Assembly: GCA_963668645.2 (NCBI GenBank)
Contig: CAXXWC010000021.1
Coordinates: forward strand, 1,376,001-1,440,000
Direction of reading: 5' to 3'
DNA length: 64,000 bases
Source of the DNA: Desulfobacterales bacterium
Lineage (GTDB): Bacteria > Desulfobacterota > Desulfobacteria > Desulfobacterales > UBA2174
Shown: positions 50,178-61,012 of the stretch, in pieces
How the letters are laid out: the number at the start of each line of letters is the position of its first letter
Numbering within the stretch: the first letter of the stretch is position 1
The notes under the pieces: model-generated
What the model was told of the DNA's origin: nothing
The model's input: the letters and a program-made list of their open reading frames with translations, nothing else
Databases searched by the model: none
Program-made: the position numbers and the translations under genes

Positions 50178-51317
50178 ATGCCGACCCTCATCGACCGCTA
50201 TCTAACGCGCGAACTGATCCCGCCCTTTGCCCTGACTCTGGTCTTTTTCACTTTCGTTTTTTTGATGACGCGCATTCTTGAGATCACCAACCTGGTGGTC
50301 AATTACCAGATCGGCCTGGGCGCCGTGGCGTTGATGCTGGTCTATTCCATGCCCCAGTTTCTCGAATTCGTGGTGCCCATGTCGGTGATGATGGCGGTTC
50401 TGCTCACCTTGCTGCGCCTTTCGGGGGACAACGAAATCGTGGCCCTCAAGGCGGGCGGAATCAGCGTCTTTCGGCTGCTGCCGCCGGTTCTGAGCTTTGC
50501 CATGGCCGGTGCGCTGCTCACGGGGTGGATGACGATATACGGCGGTCCCTGGGGACGGGCCGGATTCGAATCCCTTTTGCGGCGCGCGGCCAACACCGAT
50601 CTAAATATGGCGCTCAAGGAGCGCACTTTCAACGACGGCTTCGACGGGGTAATGCTCTACGTAAGCCGCATCGATCCCAAGAGCCACGACCTGGTGGATG
50701 TCTTTATCGAGGATCAGCGCAACGCCCCGCTGGTGATCGCCGTCGCCGCCCCCCTGGGCAGGCTGGCCCTCGATCCGGTCGACGGCCGCTACCGGTTGCG
50801 CCTCTTCGACGGTTCGGTCCAACGCGTCGACCTGACCCGGCGTACCGCCGATACGGTCCGTTTCAAGACCTACGACATTGCCCTGGCCCCCAAGACTGCC
50901 GCACGCGCACCGGCGGCCGGTGCGAAAAGCGAAAAGGAAATGTCCCTGGCCGAACTGCGCCGCCTGATGGCCTCCTTACCACCTTCGGATCCACGCTATT
51001 TTTCCACGCGCATCGAATGGTACCAGAAGTTTTCGATCCCGGCGGCCTGTCTGGCCCTCGGCTTCATGGCCCTGCCGATGGGTATCCAATCACGCCACAC
51101 CCGGCGATCCTTCGGTCTGGGACTCGGACTGACCAGCTTTTTGGGCTACTACCTGCTCCTTTCGGCCGGCAAGGTGATGGGCGAATCGGGGCAAGTCCCC
51201 CCCCTGGTGGGCATGTGGCTGCCCAACGTGGTCAGCGCCGGCCTGGGGGGCTGGCTGCTGTGGCGCTGCGTGCGCGAACGGCCACTGAGCTGGCCCTGGC
51301 GGCGGGCGTCGTCCTGA
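50178..51317 (+). CDS. lptF: LPS export permease LptF
   Basis: IDRYLTRELIPPF, RLSGDNEIVALKAGG, WLPN. Confidence 0.9.
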   Translation: MPTLIDRYLTRELIPPFALTLVFFTFVFLMTRILEITNLVVNYQIGLGAVALMLVYSMPQFLEFVVPMSVMMAVLLTLLRLSGDNEIVALKAGGISVFRLLPPVLSFAMAGALLTGWMTIYGGPWGRAGFESLLRRAANTDLNMALKERTFNDGFDGVMLYVSRIDPKSHDLVDVFIEDQRNAPLVIAVAAPLGRLALDPVDGRYRLRLFDGSVQRVDLTRRTADTVRFKTYDIALAPKTAARAPAAGAKSEKEMSLAELRRLMASLPPSDPRYFSTRIEWYQKFSIPAACLALGFMALPMGIQSRHTRRSFGLGLGLTSFLGYYLLLSAGKVMGESGQVPPLVGMWLPNVVSAGLGGWLLWRCVRERPLSWPWRRASS

Positions 51318-51349
51318 CCGCCACCGGCCATTGTTGAGGATAAAAGCGC

Positions 51350-52426
51350 ATGCCGATCTTCTACCGCTACGTGACCCGGGAAACCCTGCGGGTGGTGGCC
51401 ATCGCTCTGGCCGCCGTGGTCACCATCTATTTGGCGGTGGATTTTTTCGAAAAGGTGGACGACTTTCTCGAAAAGCAGGTCCCCCTGACCCACGCAGCGG
51501 TCTATTTCGCCTACAAGCTGCCCTTCGTCGTGGCCCAGGTGCTTCCGCTCTGCCTGCTGCTGGCCGTGGCCATCGTCTTCGGATTAATGAACAAACACAA
51601 CGAACTGCTGGCCCTCAAGGCGGGCGGGGTGAGCACCGGACGGCTGATGCAGCCGGTCCTGGCCATGGGCGTGATTTTCAGCCTCCTTCTTTTTTTGCTG
51701 GCCGAGTCCGTCGTCCCGATGGCCATGGACCGGGCCAACCGGATCTGGCTCGGAGAGGTGCGCAAGGCTTCGGTAACGGTCTCACGCGAACGGAACATCT
51801 GGATCAAAGACAACCGTTCGATCACCCACATCCGCCATTACCACCCTGCCAGCCGAACGGCTTACGGGATCGCCGTCAATCGATTCGACGCGCATTTCCA
51901 ATTGACCGAACGCCTGGATGCCGAATCCGGACGATTCACCGGGGGACGATGGCGCTTGGTAAAGGTGATGGTCCAGCACCCGGAAACCGGATCGACCCAG
52001 ATGCAGGTTGAATTCCGCGATGAAATGGACCTGGCCCTCGGCTTGACCCCCGACGATCTCAAGCGTGCGGCCCCGGACAGCAGCCAGATGAGTTACACCG
52101 AACTCAAGCGCTTCACGGCCAAGGTGGAAGCCGAGGGCTACGACGCCACCGCCTACCGGGTCGATCTGCATGCCAAACTGGCCTTCCCGGTGGTATGCCT
52201 CATTCTGGCAATGGTCGGAGGCGGCCTCGGGCTGCACCGGCGCGCCCATGACAACCTGATCCTGGCCGTTGCCGTGGGGCTGGGGGTCGCTTTTTTGTAC
52301 TGGGTGTTTCACAGCTTCTGCCTTTCGCTGGGCTACGGCGAAATGCTGCCGCCCCTGGTGGCCGCCTGGGCCGGAAATCTGGTCTTCGGCTGCATCGGCG
52401 CCTTGGCGATGCTGGGAACGGACTAG
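51350..52426 (+). CDS. lptG: LPS export permease LptG
   Basis: NELLALKAGG, KLAFP, LPPLVAAW; follows lptF. Confidence 0.9.
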   Translation: MPIFYRYVTRETLRVVAIALAAVVTIYLAVDFFEKVDDFLEKQVPLTHAAVYFAYKLPFVVAQVLPLCLLLAVAIVFGLMNKHNELLALKAGGVSTGRLMQPVLAMGVIFSLLLFLLAESVVPMAMDRANRIWLGEVRKASVTVSRERNIWIKDNRSITHIRHYHPASRTAYGIAVNRFDAHFQLTERLDAESGRFTGGRWRLVKVMVQHPETGSTQMQVEFRDEMDLALGLTPDDLKRAAPDSSQMSYTELKRFTAKVEAEGYDATAYRVDLHAKLAFPVVCLILAMVGGGLGLHRRAHDNLILAVAVGLGVAFLYWVFHSFCLSLGYGEMLPPLVAAWAGNLVFGCIGALAMLGTD

Positions 52427-52430
52427 CCAT

Positions 52431-53732
52431 ATGCAAGCTCCACTGGCGATCTACAATCTTTTCCTCCACGCGGCCATGGCCCTGGGCACCCCCCTGGCGC
52501 TGGCCAGCGCCAAACGGCGCCGGACCATGGCCCAGCGCCTGGGCCTCACGCCCCCGCCCCGGCACTTGGGAACGAAGCGGCCCTTGTGGGTTCACGCCCT
52601 TTCGGTCGGGGAGGCCCTCTCGGCCGTTCCCCTGGTGGCAACCCTCCGGCACCGGCATCCCCAGCGGCCCCTGATCTTTTCCACCAGCACCCATACCGGC
52701 CGGCAGATCGCCGAACAACGGCTGGCCGGCTCGGTGGACGATCTGTGCTATTTCCCCTACGATCTGCCCGTGGCGGTCGGTGCCTGGATGCGCCAAATCC
52801 GGCCGGGAGGGATCGTTCTGGTGGAAACCGACCTGTGGCCCAATTTTTTGCACGCCGCGGCGGCCGCCGCCATACCGGTGGCCCTGGTCAATGCGCGCCT
52901 GAGCCGCCGCTCTTTTGCCGGGTACCGGCACGCCCGGGTTCTGGTGACCCCCATGCTGCAGAGCCTGACCGCCGTTGCGGTCCAATCACCGGCCGACGCC
53001 CGCCGCTTCCGGCGACTCGGCGTCGCGGCCGGGAAGCTGAGCGTGGCCGGAAACCTCAAGTACGACCAGCCGCTGCCGGAAGACCCGGCTGGCGAAGCGT
53101 CCGCCATGCGCGCGCGGCTCCAGGTCGGTGCAAGCCAGCCGGTCCTGATCGCTGGCAGCACCCACCCCGGAGACGAAAGTCCCTTGGTCGACGCCTGCAC
53201 CCGGTGGCGAACCCGTTTTGCCGATCTGGTTTGCGTGGCGGCGCCGCGGGATCCGCTACGCGCCGGCGAGCTGATGCGGACATTTTCCCGCCAGGGGATC
53301 GAGGCCTGCCGCTGGAGCGAATTGTCCGCCGGCAGCCCGCGCCGGGCTTCTGTGGTGGTGGTGGACCAGATGGGGATTCTGGCCCGGCTCTACGCAGCCG
53401 CCGACCTGGCGTTTGTAGGCGGCAGCCTCGCCGGCTGCGGGGGACACAATCCCCTCGAAGCGGCAGCCTTTGCCCGGCCTGTCCTCTATGGACCGGACAT
53501 GAGCGATTTCAGTCTGGTAGCCGAAGAGCTGGAAGCCGCCGGAGGCGCGATTCGCGTGGCCGACGGCGATGCGCTGGCCCGCGAGGGCATGCGGCTGTTA
53601 GCTGACCGCCGCCTGGCGGCCCGCATCGGTTCCCGGGCGCGGCAGGTTTTCGAAACCCACCGCGGGGCCGTGGCGCGCACGGTGGCGCTGATCGATTCCA
53701 TCATGCCGCCATCCGGATTCGAGGGACCATGA
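52431..53732 (+). CDS. waaA: Kdo transferase
   Basis: WVHALSVGE, PYDLP, ETDLWPN, GNLKYD, GSTH, GGHNPLE. Confidence 0.95.
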   Translation: MQAPLAIYNLFLHAAMALGTPLALASAKRRRTMAQRLGLTPPPRHLGTKRPLWVHALSVGEALSAVPLVATLRHRHPQRPLIFSTSTHTGRQIAEQRLAGSVDDLCYFPYDLPVAVGAWMRQIRPGGIVLVETDLWPNFLHAAAAAAIPVALVNARLSRRSFAGYRHARVLVTPMLQSLTAVAVQSPADARRFRRLGVAAGKLSVAGNLKYDQPLPEDPAGEASAMRARLQVGASQPVLIAGSTHPGDESPLVDACTRWRTRFADLVCVAAPRDPLRAGELMRTFSRQGIEACRWSELSAGSPRRASVVVVDQMGILARLYAAADLAFVGGSLAGCGGHNPLEAAAFARPVLYGPDMSDFSLVAEELEAAGGAIRVADGDALAREGMRLLADRRLAARIGSRARQVFETHRGAVARTVALIDSIMPPSGFEGP

Positions 53733-54841
53733 GACGTCTGGCCGGTTACATCGAGGCCGTGATGGCAGATCCGGCCCCGCGGCCGCCTCTTTCCCCGGCC
53801 ACGCTTCTTGCAGCACTGTCAGGCGTTTACGGCGGCGCCATGGCCTTGCGCGCCGATCTGTATCGCCGGGGGATTCTCCACCGGCGACGGCTGCCGTGCC
53901 GAGTGGTATCGGTGGGCAACCTCACCGTCGGCGGAACGGGCAAAACCCCCCTGACCATGGATCTGGCGGCCCGGCTGCGCCACCGCGGGTGGCCGGTCTG
54001 TGTTTTGAGCCGCGGCTACCGCGGAACGGCCGAACAGACCGGTGCGGTCGTCAGCGACGGGTGCCGGGTCCTGGTTCCGGCGAAAGTGGCCGGCGACGAG
54101 CCCTGGCTCATGGCCCGGCGTCTGTCCGGAATCCCGGTCATTGTTGGACGCGACCGCTACGCCTCCGGTATGACGGCGGTCAACCGTTTCGGGGCCCGGG
54201 TGGTAGTGCTGGACGACGCCTTTCAACATCTTGGCCTGGCCCGCGACCTGGACATCCTGCTTCTGGATGCCCGCGCGCCCCTGGCCAACGGCTATCTGCT
54301 GCCCCGGGGCCGGCTGCGCGAGCCGTTCATCCAGGCGCGTCGCGCCCATGCCTGGGTGCGGATCCACCGGCACACCTGGGCCGGGGGCGGCACCGGCCCC
54401 CTGCCCGCCCCTGCCAGGCCGGTGCTTGATGCGATCCTGGACTCCTCTCTGGCCATGCTGGCAGCCCCCGGCGGCGCAGCGATCCCGCAGGGTGCAACCT
54501 CCGATTTTTTCAAGGGGCGAAGAGTGGTGGCTTTTGCCGGAATCGCCGGCAACGCATCATTTTTCGATGCCCTGGAAACCGCCGGGGCGACCTTGACGGC
54601 GTGTTTGGGCTTTGCCGATCATCACGCCTACCGGTCCGCGGACCTGGAACGGATCCTGAGCGCTGCCCGCCGGACAGGGGCCGACTGCCTGGCCACAACG
54701 GCCAAGGACCATGCCCGCCTGGACGCGGCCGCATGGCCGCTGCCCCTGGCGGTGATGGATCTGGCCGTAGCCTGGAGCGACGGCGGCGCCATGATCGATG
54801 GGCTCTTGGACCGCTGCATGGCAGCCCCCCAAGGCCCTTGA
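53729..54841 (+). CDS. lpxK: Tetraacyldisaccharide 4'-kinase
   Basis: SVGNLTVGGTGKTP, SRGY, GDEP, LDDAFQH, LPRGRLRE, FADHH. Confidence 0.95.
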   Translation: MRRLAGYIEAVMADPAPRPPLSPATLLAALSGVYGGAMALRADLYRRGILHRRRLPCRVVSVGNLTVGGTGKTPLTMDLAARLRHRGWPVCVLSRGYRGTAEQTGAVVSDGCRVLVPAKVAGDEPWLMARRLSGIPVIVGRDRYASGMTAVNRFGARVVVLDDAFQHLGLARDLDILLLDARAPLANGYLLPRGRLREPFIQARRAHAWVRIHRHTWAGGGTGPLPAPARPVLDAILDSSLAMLAAPGGAAIPQGATSDFFKGRRVVAFAGIAGNASFFDALETAGATLTACLGFADHHAYRSADLERILSAARRTGADCLATTAKDHARLDAAAWPLPLAVMDLAVAWSDGGAMIDGLLDRCMAAPQGP

Positions 54842-54929
54842 CCGGGATTCACCCCATGGCATCTTGAGCGTGGACCGGCACTGTACCTGCGACCCCGCAT
54901 CTGCTCCTGACCACCGCGGCAATGGCTTC

Positions 54930-54958
54930 TTGACAGCCCCGGACGCCGCCTCTATAAA
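54930..54958 (+). promoter_or_regulatory. Sigma70 promoter for the LPS core genes
   Basis: TTGACA-17 bp-TATAAA. Confidence 0.65.
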
Positions 54959-54999
54959 TCCAGCGCTTTGTCATCCAATGCAAACGAAACGGATATTAG

Positions 55000-56076
55000 A
55001 TGGAACGTACGGGTCGAAGCCCGAGCAAACCCAGGGGCGGGCCGCCGAGGGTCAAACGCCTTCTGGTGCGTTCGACCAACTGGATAGGCGATGCGGTGAT
55101 GACCACCCCGGCGGTCCAGTCGATCCGCCGGGCCTTTCCCGCAGCCGAAATCACCCTGCTGGCCAAGCCCTGGGTCATCCCGGTTTTTGCCCACAGCCCG
55201 CATATCGATCGTTGTCTGGCCTACGATATCCATGGACGCCATCGGGGACTTGCCGGCCGCTGGCGCCTGGTGCGCGACCTGCACGCCGGGCGCTTCGATG
55301 CCGCCATTTTACTGCAAAACGCCTTTGAGGCGGCCCTGATCACGGCCGCAGCCCGGATCCCGGTGCGCATCGGCTTCGACACCGACGGTCGCCGGCTCCT
55401 GCTCACCCATCCGGTACACCGGCCGGCAGGCATCAAACAGCGCCACCAGACCGGCTATTACCTGGAAATCTTGCGCGGTGCCGGACTGCCGGCCGGCGAC
55501 CGGCGTCTCGAGCTCTTTTTGGACCGTGGTGACCGGCAGCGCGCCGACCAGCGCCTGGCGGCCCTGGGAATCCGGCCGGGGCAGTTTTTGGCAGGACTCA
55601 ATCCCAGCGCCACCTTCGGGCCGGCCAAGCAATGGCCTGAAGACAGGTATGCGGCCCTGGGCGACTGGCTCGTCGAACGATATCGGGCGAAGGTTTTGAT
55701 TTTCGGCGGTCCGGGGGATCAGGTTCTGGGCCGGCGTATCGGCGCGGCGATGCGCCACGAGGCGATAAATCTGGCCGGCGCGACCGATCTGGCCGAGGCC
55801 ATGGCCCTGATCGCCGCGCTTAGCTTATTTATCACCAATGATTCCGGTTTGATGCATGTAGCCGCGGCCCTGAATGTACCCCTGGTCGCCGTCTTCGGCT
55901 CCACCGATCCGGTGGCCACCGGCCCCCTCGGCAGCCTCAGCCGCGTGGTGCGCACCGACGTGCCGTGCAGTCCCTGCCTCAAACCCCATTGCCCCTATGG
56001 CCACCTGGACTGTATGCAGCGCATCACCGTCGAAAGGTTGCAGCAGGAGGTGGCAGGGCTCCTCGGCCCGCCATGA
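55000..56076 (+). CDS. waaF: ADP-heptose:LPS heptosyltransferase II (GT9)
   Basis: NWIGDAVM, ATFGPAKQWP, NDSGLMHVAAA, FGST. Confidence 0.9.
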   Translation: MERTGRSPSKPRGGPPRVKRLLVRSTNWIGDAVMTTPAVQSIRRAFPAAEITLLAKPWVIPVFAHSPHIDRCLAYDIHGRHRGLAGRWRLVRDLHAGRFDAAILLQNAFEAALITAAARIPVRIGFDTDGRRLLLTHPVHRPAGIKQRHQTGYYLEILRGAGLPAGDRRLELFLDRGDRQRADQRLAALGIRPGQFLAGLNPSATFGPAKQWPEDRYAALGDWLVERYRAKVLIFGGPGDQVLGRRIGAAMRHEAINLAGATDLAEAMALIAALSLFITNDSGLMHVAAALNVPLVAVFGSTDPVATGPLGSLSRVVRTDVPCSPCLKPHCPYGHLDCMQRITVERLQQEVAGLLGPP

Positions 56077-57128
56077 AGATCCTGATCGTCAAACTGAGTG
56101 CCATCGGCGACGTAATTCACACCCTGCCGGCGCTTTGCGCCCTGCGCCGCCGATGGCCGGCAGCCCGCATCGACTGGGTGGTCGAAGAAGCCGCCGCTGA
56201 CCTGGTGATCGGCCACCCGGCCCTGGACCGGGCCATCGTCTCCCGGCGCAAGGCCTGGATCCGCGCGCTTGGCGAGCGTGGCCGGCGGGGCGAGGCCGCA
56301 GGCCAGATCAAGCGATTCGTGGACGAACTGCGTCGCACCCGCTACGATATGGTCCTCGATTTTCAGGCCCTGCTAAAAAGTGCCTTGCTCGTGGCCCTTG
56401 CCCGGGCAAACCGCAAAATCGGCTTCGGTCCCGGCCTGGATCACATGGAACAGAGCTACCATGTGCTCACCGAAAAAATCCCGCCGCCGGGGATGGAAGT
56501 GCACGCGCTGGAACGCAACCTGATCATGATCCGGGCTCTGGGGGTCCCCGCGGCCAGGGTCGAGTACCACATCCCGGTGACCGGCAGGGACCGCACCGGC
56601 GTGGATCTCATGCTGGAAAGTGGCGCAATCGGTCCCGCAGCCCCCTTCGTCGCCATCAACCCGGTGGCCCAGTGGCCCACCAAGCTCTGGCCAGAGGCGC
56701 ATTTTGCCGCCCTTGCCGACCGGATCGTCCATCGCTACAATATGCCGGTCGTGTTCACCGGCAGTCCGGACGACGCCCGGACCGTGGCGCGTATCCTGGC
56801 CCTCATGCAGGGGCCGGCACTCGACCTGAGCGGAAAGACATCCCTCAGGAGCTTGGCGGCCCTTTACCAGAGAGCCGCCCTGGTGGTAAGCACCGACACC
56901 GGTCCGATGCACCTGGCGGCCGCCATGGGCACTCCCGTGGTGGCGCTTTTCGGCCCCACAGCCCCCTGGCGCACCGGGCCCTTCGGTCCGGGCCACCGCG
57001 TGGTGCGCGCGGCGGCCCCCTGCGCACCTTGTTTCAAACGCCACTGCGCAACCGGCGGATGCATGGCACGCATCCCGGTCGAAGCGGCCTGGAGCGCGGT
57101 GGCCGGCATCCTGAAGCAACGCACCTGA
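56073..57128 (+). CDS. waaC: GT9 heptosyltransferase, WaaC-like
   Basis: MKILIVKLSAIGDVIHTLP, DFQALLKS, DTGPMHLAAA, FGPT. Confidence 0.8.
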   Translation: MKILIVKLSAIGDVIHTLPALCALRRRWPAARIDWVVEEAAADLVIGHPALDRAIVSRRKAWIRALGERGRRGEAAGQIKRFVDELRRTRYDMVLDFQALLKSALLVALARANRKIGFGPGLDHMEQSYHVLTEKIPPPGMEVHALERNLIMIRALGVPAARVEYHIPVTGRDRTGVDLMLESGAIGPAAPFVAINPVAQWPTKLWPEAHFAALADRIVHRYNMPVVFTGSPDDARTVARILALMQGPALDLSGKTSLRSLAALYQRAALVVSTDTGPMHLAAAMGTPVVALFGPTAPWRTGPFGPGHRVVRAAAPCAPCFKRHCATGGCMARIPVEAAWSAVAGILKQRT

Positions 57129-57195
57129 GGCGCCGCCGCGGCCTCCGGCTTTGCCCCGGGCCGCCGGCGATCCGCAACCCGGAACCTGGAATACC

Positions 57196-57984
57196 ATGCA
57201 GATCTCGGTCATCGTCACCACCTACAATCGCCCTGCAGCACTGAAAGAGGTGCTCGAAGGGCTGGCCGACCAGCACTTGGCCCCCTGGGAAGTGGTGGTG
57301 GCCGACGACGGCAGCACCGGCGAAACCGCAGCGCTGGTGCGCAAGCTGACACCAGCGGTGGGCTACCGGCTGGATCATGCCTGGCAGCCAGACCAGGGGT
57401 TCCGGGCCTCGGCGATTCGCAATGCGGCCATACGCCGGTCCTCCGGCGACTACATCATCTGCCTGGACGGCGACTGCATCCCGTCAAGAAGCTTCATCGC
57501 CGATCACCGCCGCCTGGCTGAAAAGGGCTGCTTCTTTCAGGGCGGGCGGGTCCTGGTGAGCCGACGGCGCAGCCGGGACTACGCCCTCGCCCGGACACGG
57601 GGAACGGCGGCAAAGTTGACCGACCTGCTTTGCGGCGATCTGGGCAACGCCCACCATCTGCTGCACCTGCCTGCCTGGCCGGCCCGCCGTTCACAGCGCA
57701 TGGCGGGCATAAGAAGCTGCAACATGGGCTTGTGGCGCACCGATCTTTACGCGGTCAACGGATTCAACGAGGATTTTGTCGGCTGGGGCCGGGAGGACAG
57801 CGAACTGGCCGTGCGCCTGTTCCGCCTTGGACTGGACTGCAAACGCAGCCCTTTCATGGCGGCCTGTTTTCATCTCTGGCACCCGCAAAACGGAAGGGAC
57901 CGCCTTGGGGCCAACGACGCCCTGCTCGAGGCGGCCATGGCTCGCCCCGTCCATTTTTGCCCAAACGGAATCGAGAAGCGATGA
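57196..57984 (+). CDS. Glycosyltransferase family 2
   Basis: ISVIVTTYN, ADDGS, DGDC, GFNEDFVGWGREDSE. Confidence 0.9.
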   Translation: MQISVIVTTYNRPAALKEVLEGLADQHLAPWEVVVADDGSTGETAALVRKLTPAVGYRLDHAWQPDQGFRASAIRNAAIRRSSGDYIICLDGDCIPSRSFIADHRRLAEKGCFFQGGRVLVSRRRSRDYALARTRGTAAKLTDLLCGDLGNAHHLLHLPAWPARRSQRMAGIRSCNMGLWRTDLYAVNGFNEDFVGWGREDSELAVRLFRLGLDCKRSPFMAACFHLWHPQNGRDRLGANDALLEAAMARPVHFCPNGIEKR

Positions 57985-58907
57985 CACCGTTCAGGGCCAT
58001 GACGCCCGTCGTGCCTTGCGCCCTTTTTGTGATGCGCCTCATCGGAAAGCTGCCCCTGGCCCTGTTGCAGGGGGCGGGACGTCTTTGCGGCCGGCTGATC
58101 TTTGCTCTGGATTCCCGGCATCGGCGCATCGCGTCGGACAACCTGCGATTCGTCCATGGTGAGGATCTTCCTGCTTCAGGCCTCAGAAGGATGGCCCGGG
58201 GCGCTTTTGAAAGCTTCGGCCAAATCCCCTTCGAGGTCTGCTGGTCCCTGGCACTCGATCCCAGAAAATGGAACAGCTTTTTCAGGATTTCAGGCTTGGA
58301 CCATTACCGCCGGGCCACGGCCGGCGGCAACGGGGTCTTGTTTCTCACGGCCCATTTCGGCAGCTGGGAACTGCTGCCCATCATCGGCGCCATGGCAAAG
58401 ATCCCCCTGCACGTGGTTTACCGGCCGCTGGATGCACCGATCCTGGACCAAATGGTGCGCCGCATCCGCCAGCGCTTCGGCGCGACCCTGATCCCTAAGA
58501 AGCGAAACATCTTCAAGATCAACCGGGTGCTGCGCGAAGGGGGCGGCATCGCCATCCTCCTCGATCAGAATGTCGACTGGTATGAGGGGGTCTTTGTCGA
58601 TTTCCTGGGCCACCGCGCCTGTACCAGCAAGGGCCTGGCCGCCTTGTCGATCCTGTCGAAGGCGCCGGTGGTGCCCGTCTTCCTGGTACGGGAACCCGGC
58701 GGCTTTCACGCCCATTTCGAGGCGCCCCTCTATCCGCTCATTTCCGGGGACCGGATTCGCGACATCGAGGAAAACACCCGGCGCTACAACCAAGCTATCG
58801 AATCCTTTGTGCACCGCCACCCCGACCAGTGGTTTTGGGTGCATCAGCGCTGGAAGACAAAGCCCTACCACCCGATTCCGCAGCGGGTGGTCCGGCGCGA
58901 CCCTTGA
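57981..58907 (+). CDS. Lipid A late acyltransferase (LpxL/HtrB family)
   Basis: HFGSWE, LLDQN, PDQWFWVHQRWK. Confidence 0.9.
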   Translation: MTPFRAMTPVVPCALFVMRLIGKLPLALLQGAGRLCGRLIFALDSRHRRIASDNLRFVHGEDLPASGLRRMARGAFESFGQIPFEVCWSLALDPRKWNSFFRISGLDHYRRATAGGNGVLFLTAHFGSWELLPIIGAMAKIPLHVVYRPLDAPILDQMVRRIRQRFGATLIPKKRNIFKINRVLREGGGIAILLDQNVDWYEGVFVDFLGHRACTSKGLAALSILSKAPVVPVFLVREPGGFHAHFEAPLYPLISGDRIRDIEENTRRYNQAIESFVHRHPDQWFWVHQRWKTKPYHPIPQRVVRRDP

Positions 58908-58918
58908 AAGGGGCATGG

Positions 58919-59659
58919 ATGGACGATCCCGTATACGTGCTGCATGTCAAAAAAGGCTTCGAAGACCGGGAGCAAAGCATCCGGCGCCAGTTTGCAGCGT
59001 TGCAGACCCCTTTTGAGTGGGTTCTCGAATTTGATATCCCCGAGATCAACGCAGGCATCCTGGACCATTACCGAAATCCCCAGGACCACCTGCGGATCGA
59101 GGAGATTTCCTGCTGCCTGAAACACCTCGGCGCCTGGGGAAGAATCGCGCAGTCCGAGGCCCAGGGCGGTCTGATCCTGGAAGATGACGCCCTGCTGGAC
59201 ACCAAGCGCTTCGGCCGTATTTTCGCCCGGGCCGTGGCCGAATTCAAAACATCCGGCGCCGGCACCGGCTGCATCTGCCTCGGCGACGGATGCGCCATGC
59301 ACGTCCCGTGGACCAAGCGAAAACGCGGCACCTGCCTCTATCCGGCCGGCCAGATGAGGGCCGCCGATTCCTACTGGATCAACCGCCAAACAGCCGCCCT
59401 GCTGCACCGGTGGGTCGAGGCCAACGGCTTCGCCCTGCCGGCCGACCACCTGATCACAGCGATCCTTAAGGAATTGAAAATCCCCCTTTTCTGGCTCGAA
59501 CCGACCATCGTCACCCAGGGATCCCACTGCGGGGTTTTCAATTCCATCATTCAGCTCAATGACATCGGCTTTATCAACAAGAAATACGAATTTCTGATCA
59601 AGAAGATCAGAAGGAAGTATATCTACCCCCTGTTGGGCGTCGACCCGCGCTTTAAATGA
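58919..59659 (+). CDS. Glycosyltransferase family 25
   Basis: EEISCCLKH, LILEDD, LPADH. Confidence 0.85.
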   Translation: MDDPVYVLHVKKGFEDREQSIRRQFAALQTPFEWVLEFDIPEINAGILDHYRNPQDHLRIEEISCCLKHLGAWGRIAQSEAQGGLILEDDALLDTKRFGRIFARAVAEFKTSGAGTGCICLGDGCAMHVPWTKRKRGTCLYPAGQMRAADSYWINRQTAALLHRWVEANGFALPADHLITAILKELKIPLFWLEPTIVTQGSHCGVFNSIIQLNDIGFINKKYEFLIKKIRRKYIYPLLGVDPRFK

Positions 59660-59745
59660 AGTCTGCCGCCGCGGCAATCGCCGGGCCACATCCCGGTGCA
59701 CCCCGGCACGTGCGCAGCGCTAAACCGAAGCATGAGGAATCGGGC

Positions 59746-60957
59746 ATGCAAAATACGATCTTTTCTTCCGAAAACCGGCTCAACTTTGCCAGGGTGCTCG
59801 TTTTACTGGAGTTTGTCGCGCTTCTCGTATCGACGTCCATGGCCGTGGTCGTCGAGGTGCTCCTCTATCTTACCGTGCTTTCTTCAAAGGACCTGCTGCA
59901 AAGGCTCTGGGCCATCCGCAACCAGCCGATGATCCGCATGACCCTCTTGTGGATCGCGGTCCTGGCGCTTTCCTGCCTCTACACCATCGCACCTGCGGTG
60001 GATTTGATCGACATCCTGTCCAGCTGGCGCAAAATCCTGCTTTTGCCCATCGCCGCCGCCTGTTTCGATGCTCCGGTGTGGAAGAACCGTGCCATCCACA
60101 CCTTTTTCATCACCATTGCGGCCCTGCTGGTCCTTTCGTCTTTGACCTGGGTTCTGGGTCTTGATTTTTACAAGTGCCAAAACGGCATCATCATCGCCAA
60201 CCACGCGGCCCAGGGCATGTCTTTTGCGGCATGCATCATCCTCTCCCTTGCCCTGGCAGGGATGCATAAAAACCGGCCGGCCCGCAGGATGGGCTATTTT
60301 TTCATAGCCGCCTTGGCTTTCTTGAACATCGTTTTCATCACTCCCGGAAGAAGCGGTTACCTGGCCATGGCAGTCATCGTTTCCGCCTATGTCTTTTTCT
60401 CGATTGGCGGGATGAAAAAATATTTCATTTCGCTGGCGCTGGTCCTGGCCATTGCCCTGGCCTTGAGCCTTTCGCCCACCGCCAGGCAAAGAATCGATCT
60501 GGGCATCTCCGAGATCAAAAGTTATCAAACCAGCGATCAGCTCACCTCCATGGGGGTGCGCATGGTTGTGTGGCAAAATTCACTCAAACTGATCAGGGAA
60601 AAGCCCGTTCTCGGCTATGGCAGCGCTGCATTTGTGGAAGCTTACAAAAAAACGATTGCCGGTCAAAGCGGCTGGCAGGGCCAGATCATCAGGGATCCCC
60701 ACAACCAGTTTATGAGAATCTTCGTCGAACACGGGATCGTCGGTCTTTCCATTTTTCTTGTTTTCATCGGATCGTTTTTTCTTCAACCGGTCCAAGGTGT
60801 TTATCGGTATTTAGGACTGAGCGTCTTGCTGACCTGGTGCGCAACCAGTCTTTTCAGCTCCCATTTTTCGACCTTCCTCGAAGGACGGTTTTTGCTGGTC
60901 TGGCTTGGCGTGTTTCTCGCGGCAAACAGGCAGGCGGCCGATCCGGGCAACGGGTGA
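59746..60957 (+). CDS. waaL: O-antigen ligase family protein
   Basis: Many TMs, GRSG, TSMGVRMVVW, PVLGYG, PHNQF. Confidence 0.85.
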   Translation: MQNTIFSSENRLNFARVLVLLEFVALLVSTSMAVVVEVLLYLTVLSSKDLLQRLWAIRNQPMIRMTLLWIAVLALSCLYTIAPAVDLIDILSSWRKILLLPIAAACFDAPVWKNRAIHTFFITIAALLVLSSLTWVLGLDFYKCQNGIIIANHAAQGMSFAACIILSLALAGMHKNRPARRMGYFFIAALAFLNIVFITPGRSGYLAMAVIVSAYVFFSIGGMKKYFISLALVLAIALALSLSPTARQRIDLGISEIKSYQTSDQLTSMGVRMVVWQNSLKLIREKPVLGYGSAAFVEAYKKTIAGQSGWQGQIIRDPHNQFMRIFVEHGIVGLSIFLVFIGSFFLQPVQGVYRYLGLSVLLTWCATSLFSSHFSTFLEGRFLLVWLGVFLAANRQAADPGNG

Positions 60958-61012
60958 CGATATCTCTTCGGGCCTGAAACCGGCGGTCAGCCTGCGCCCG
61001 GGGCGCCCCGGT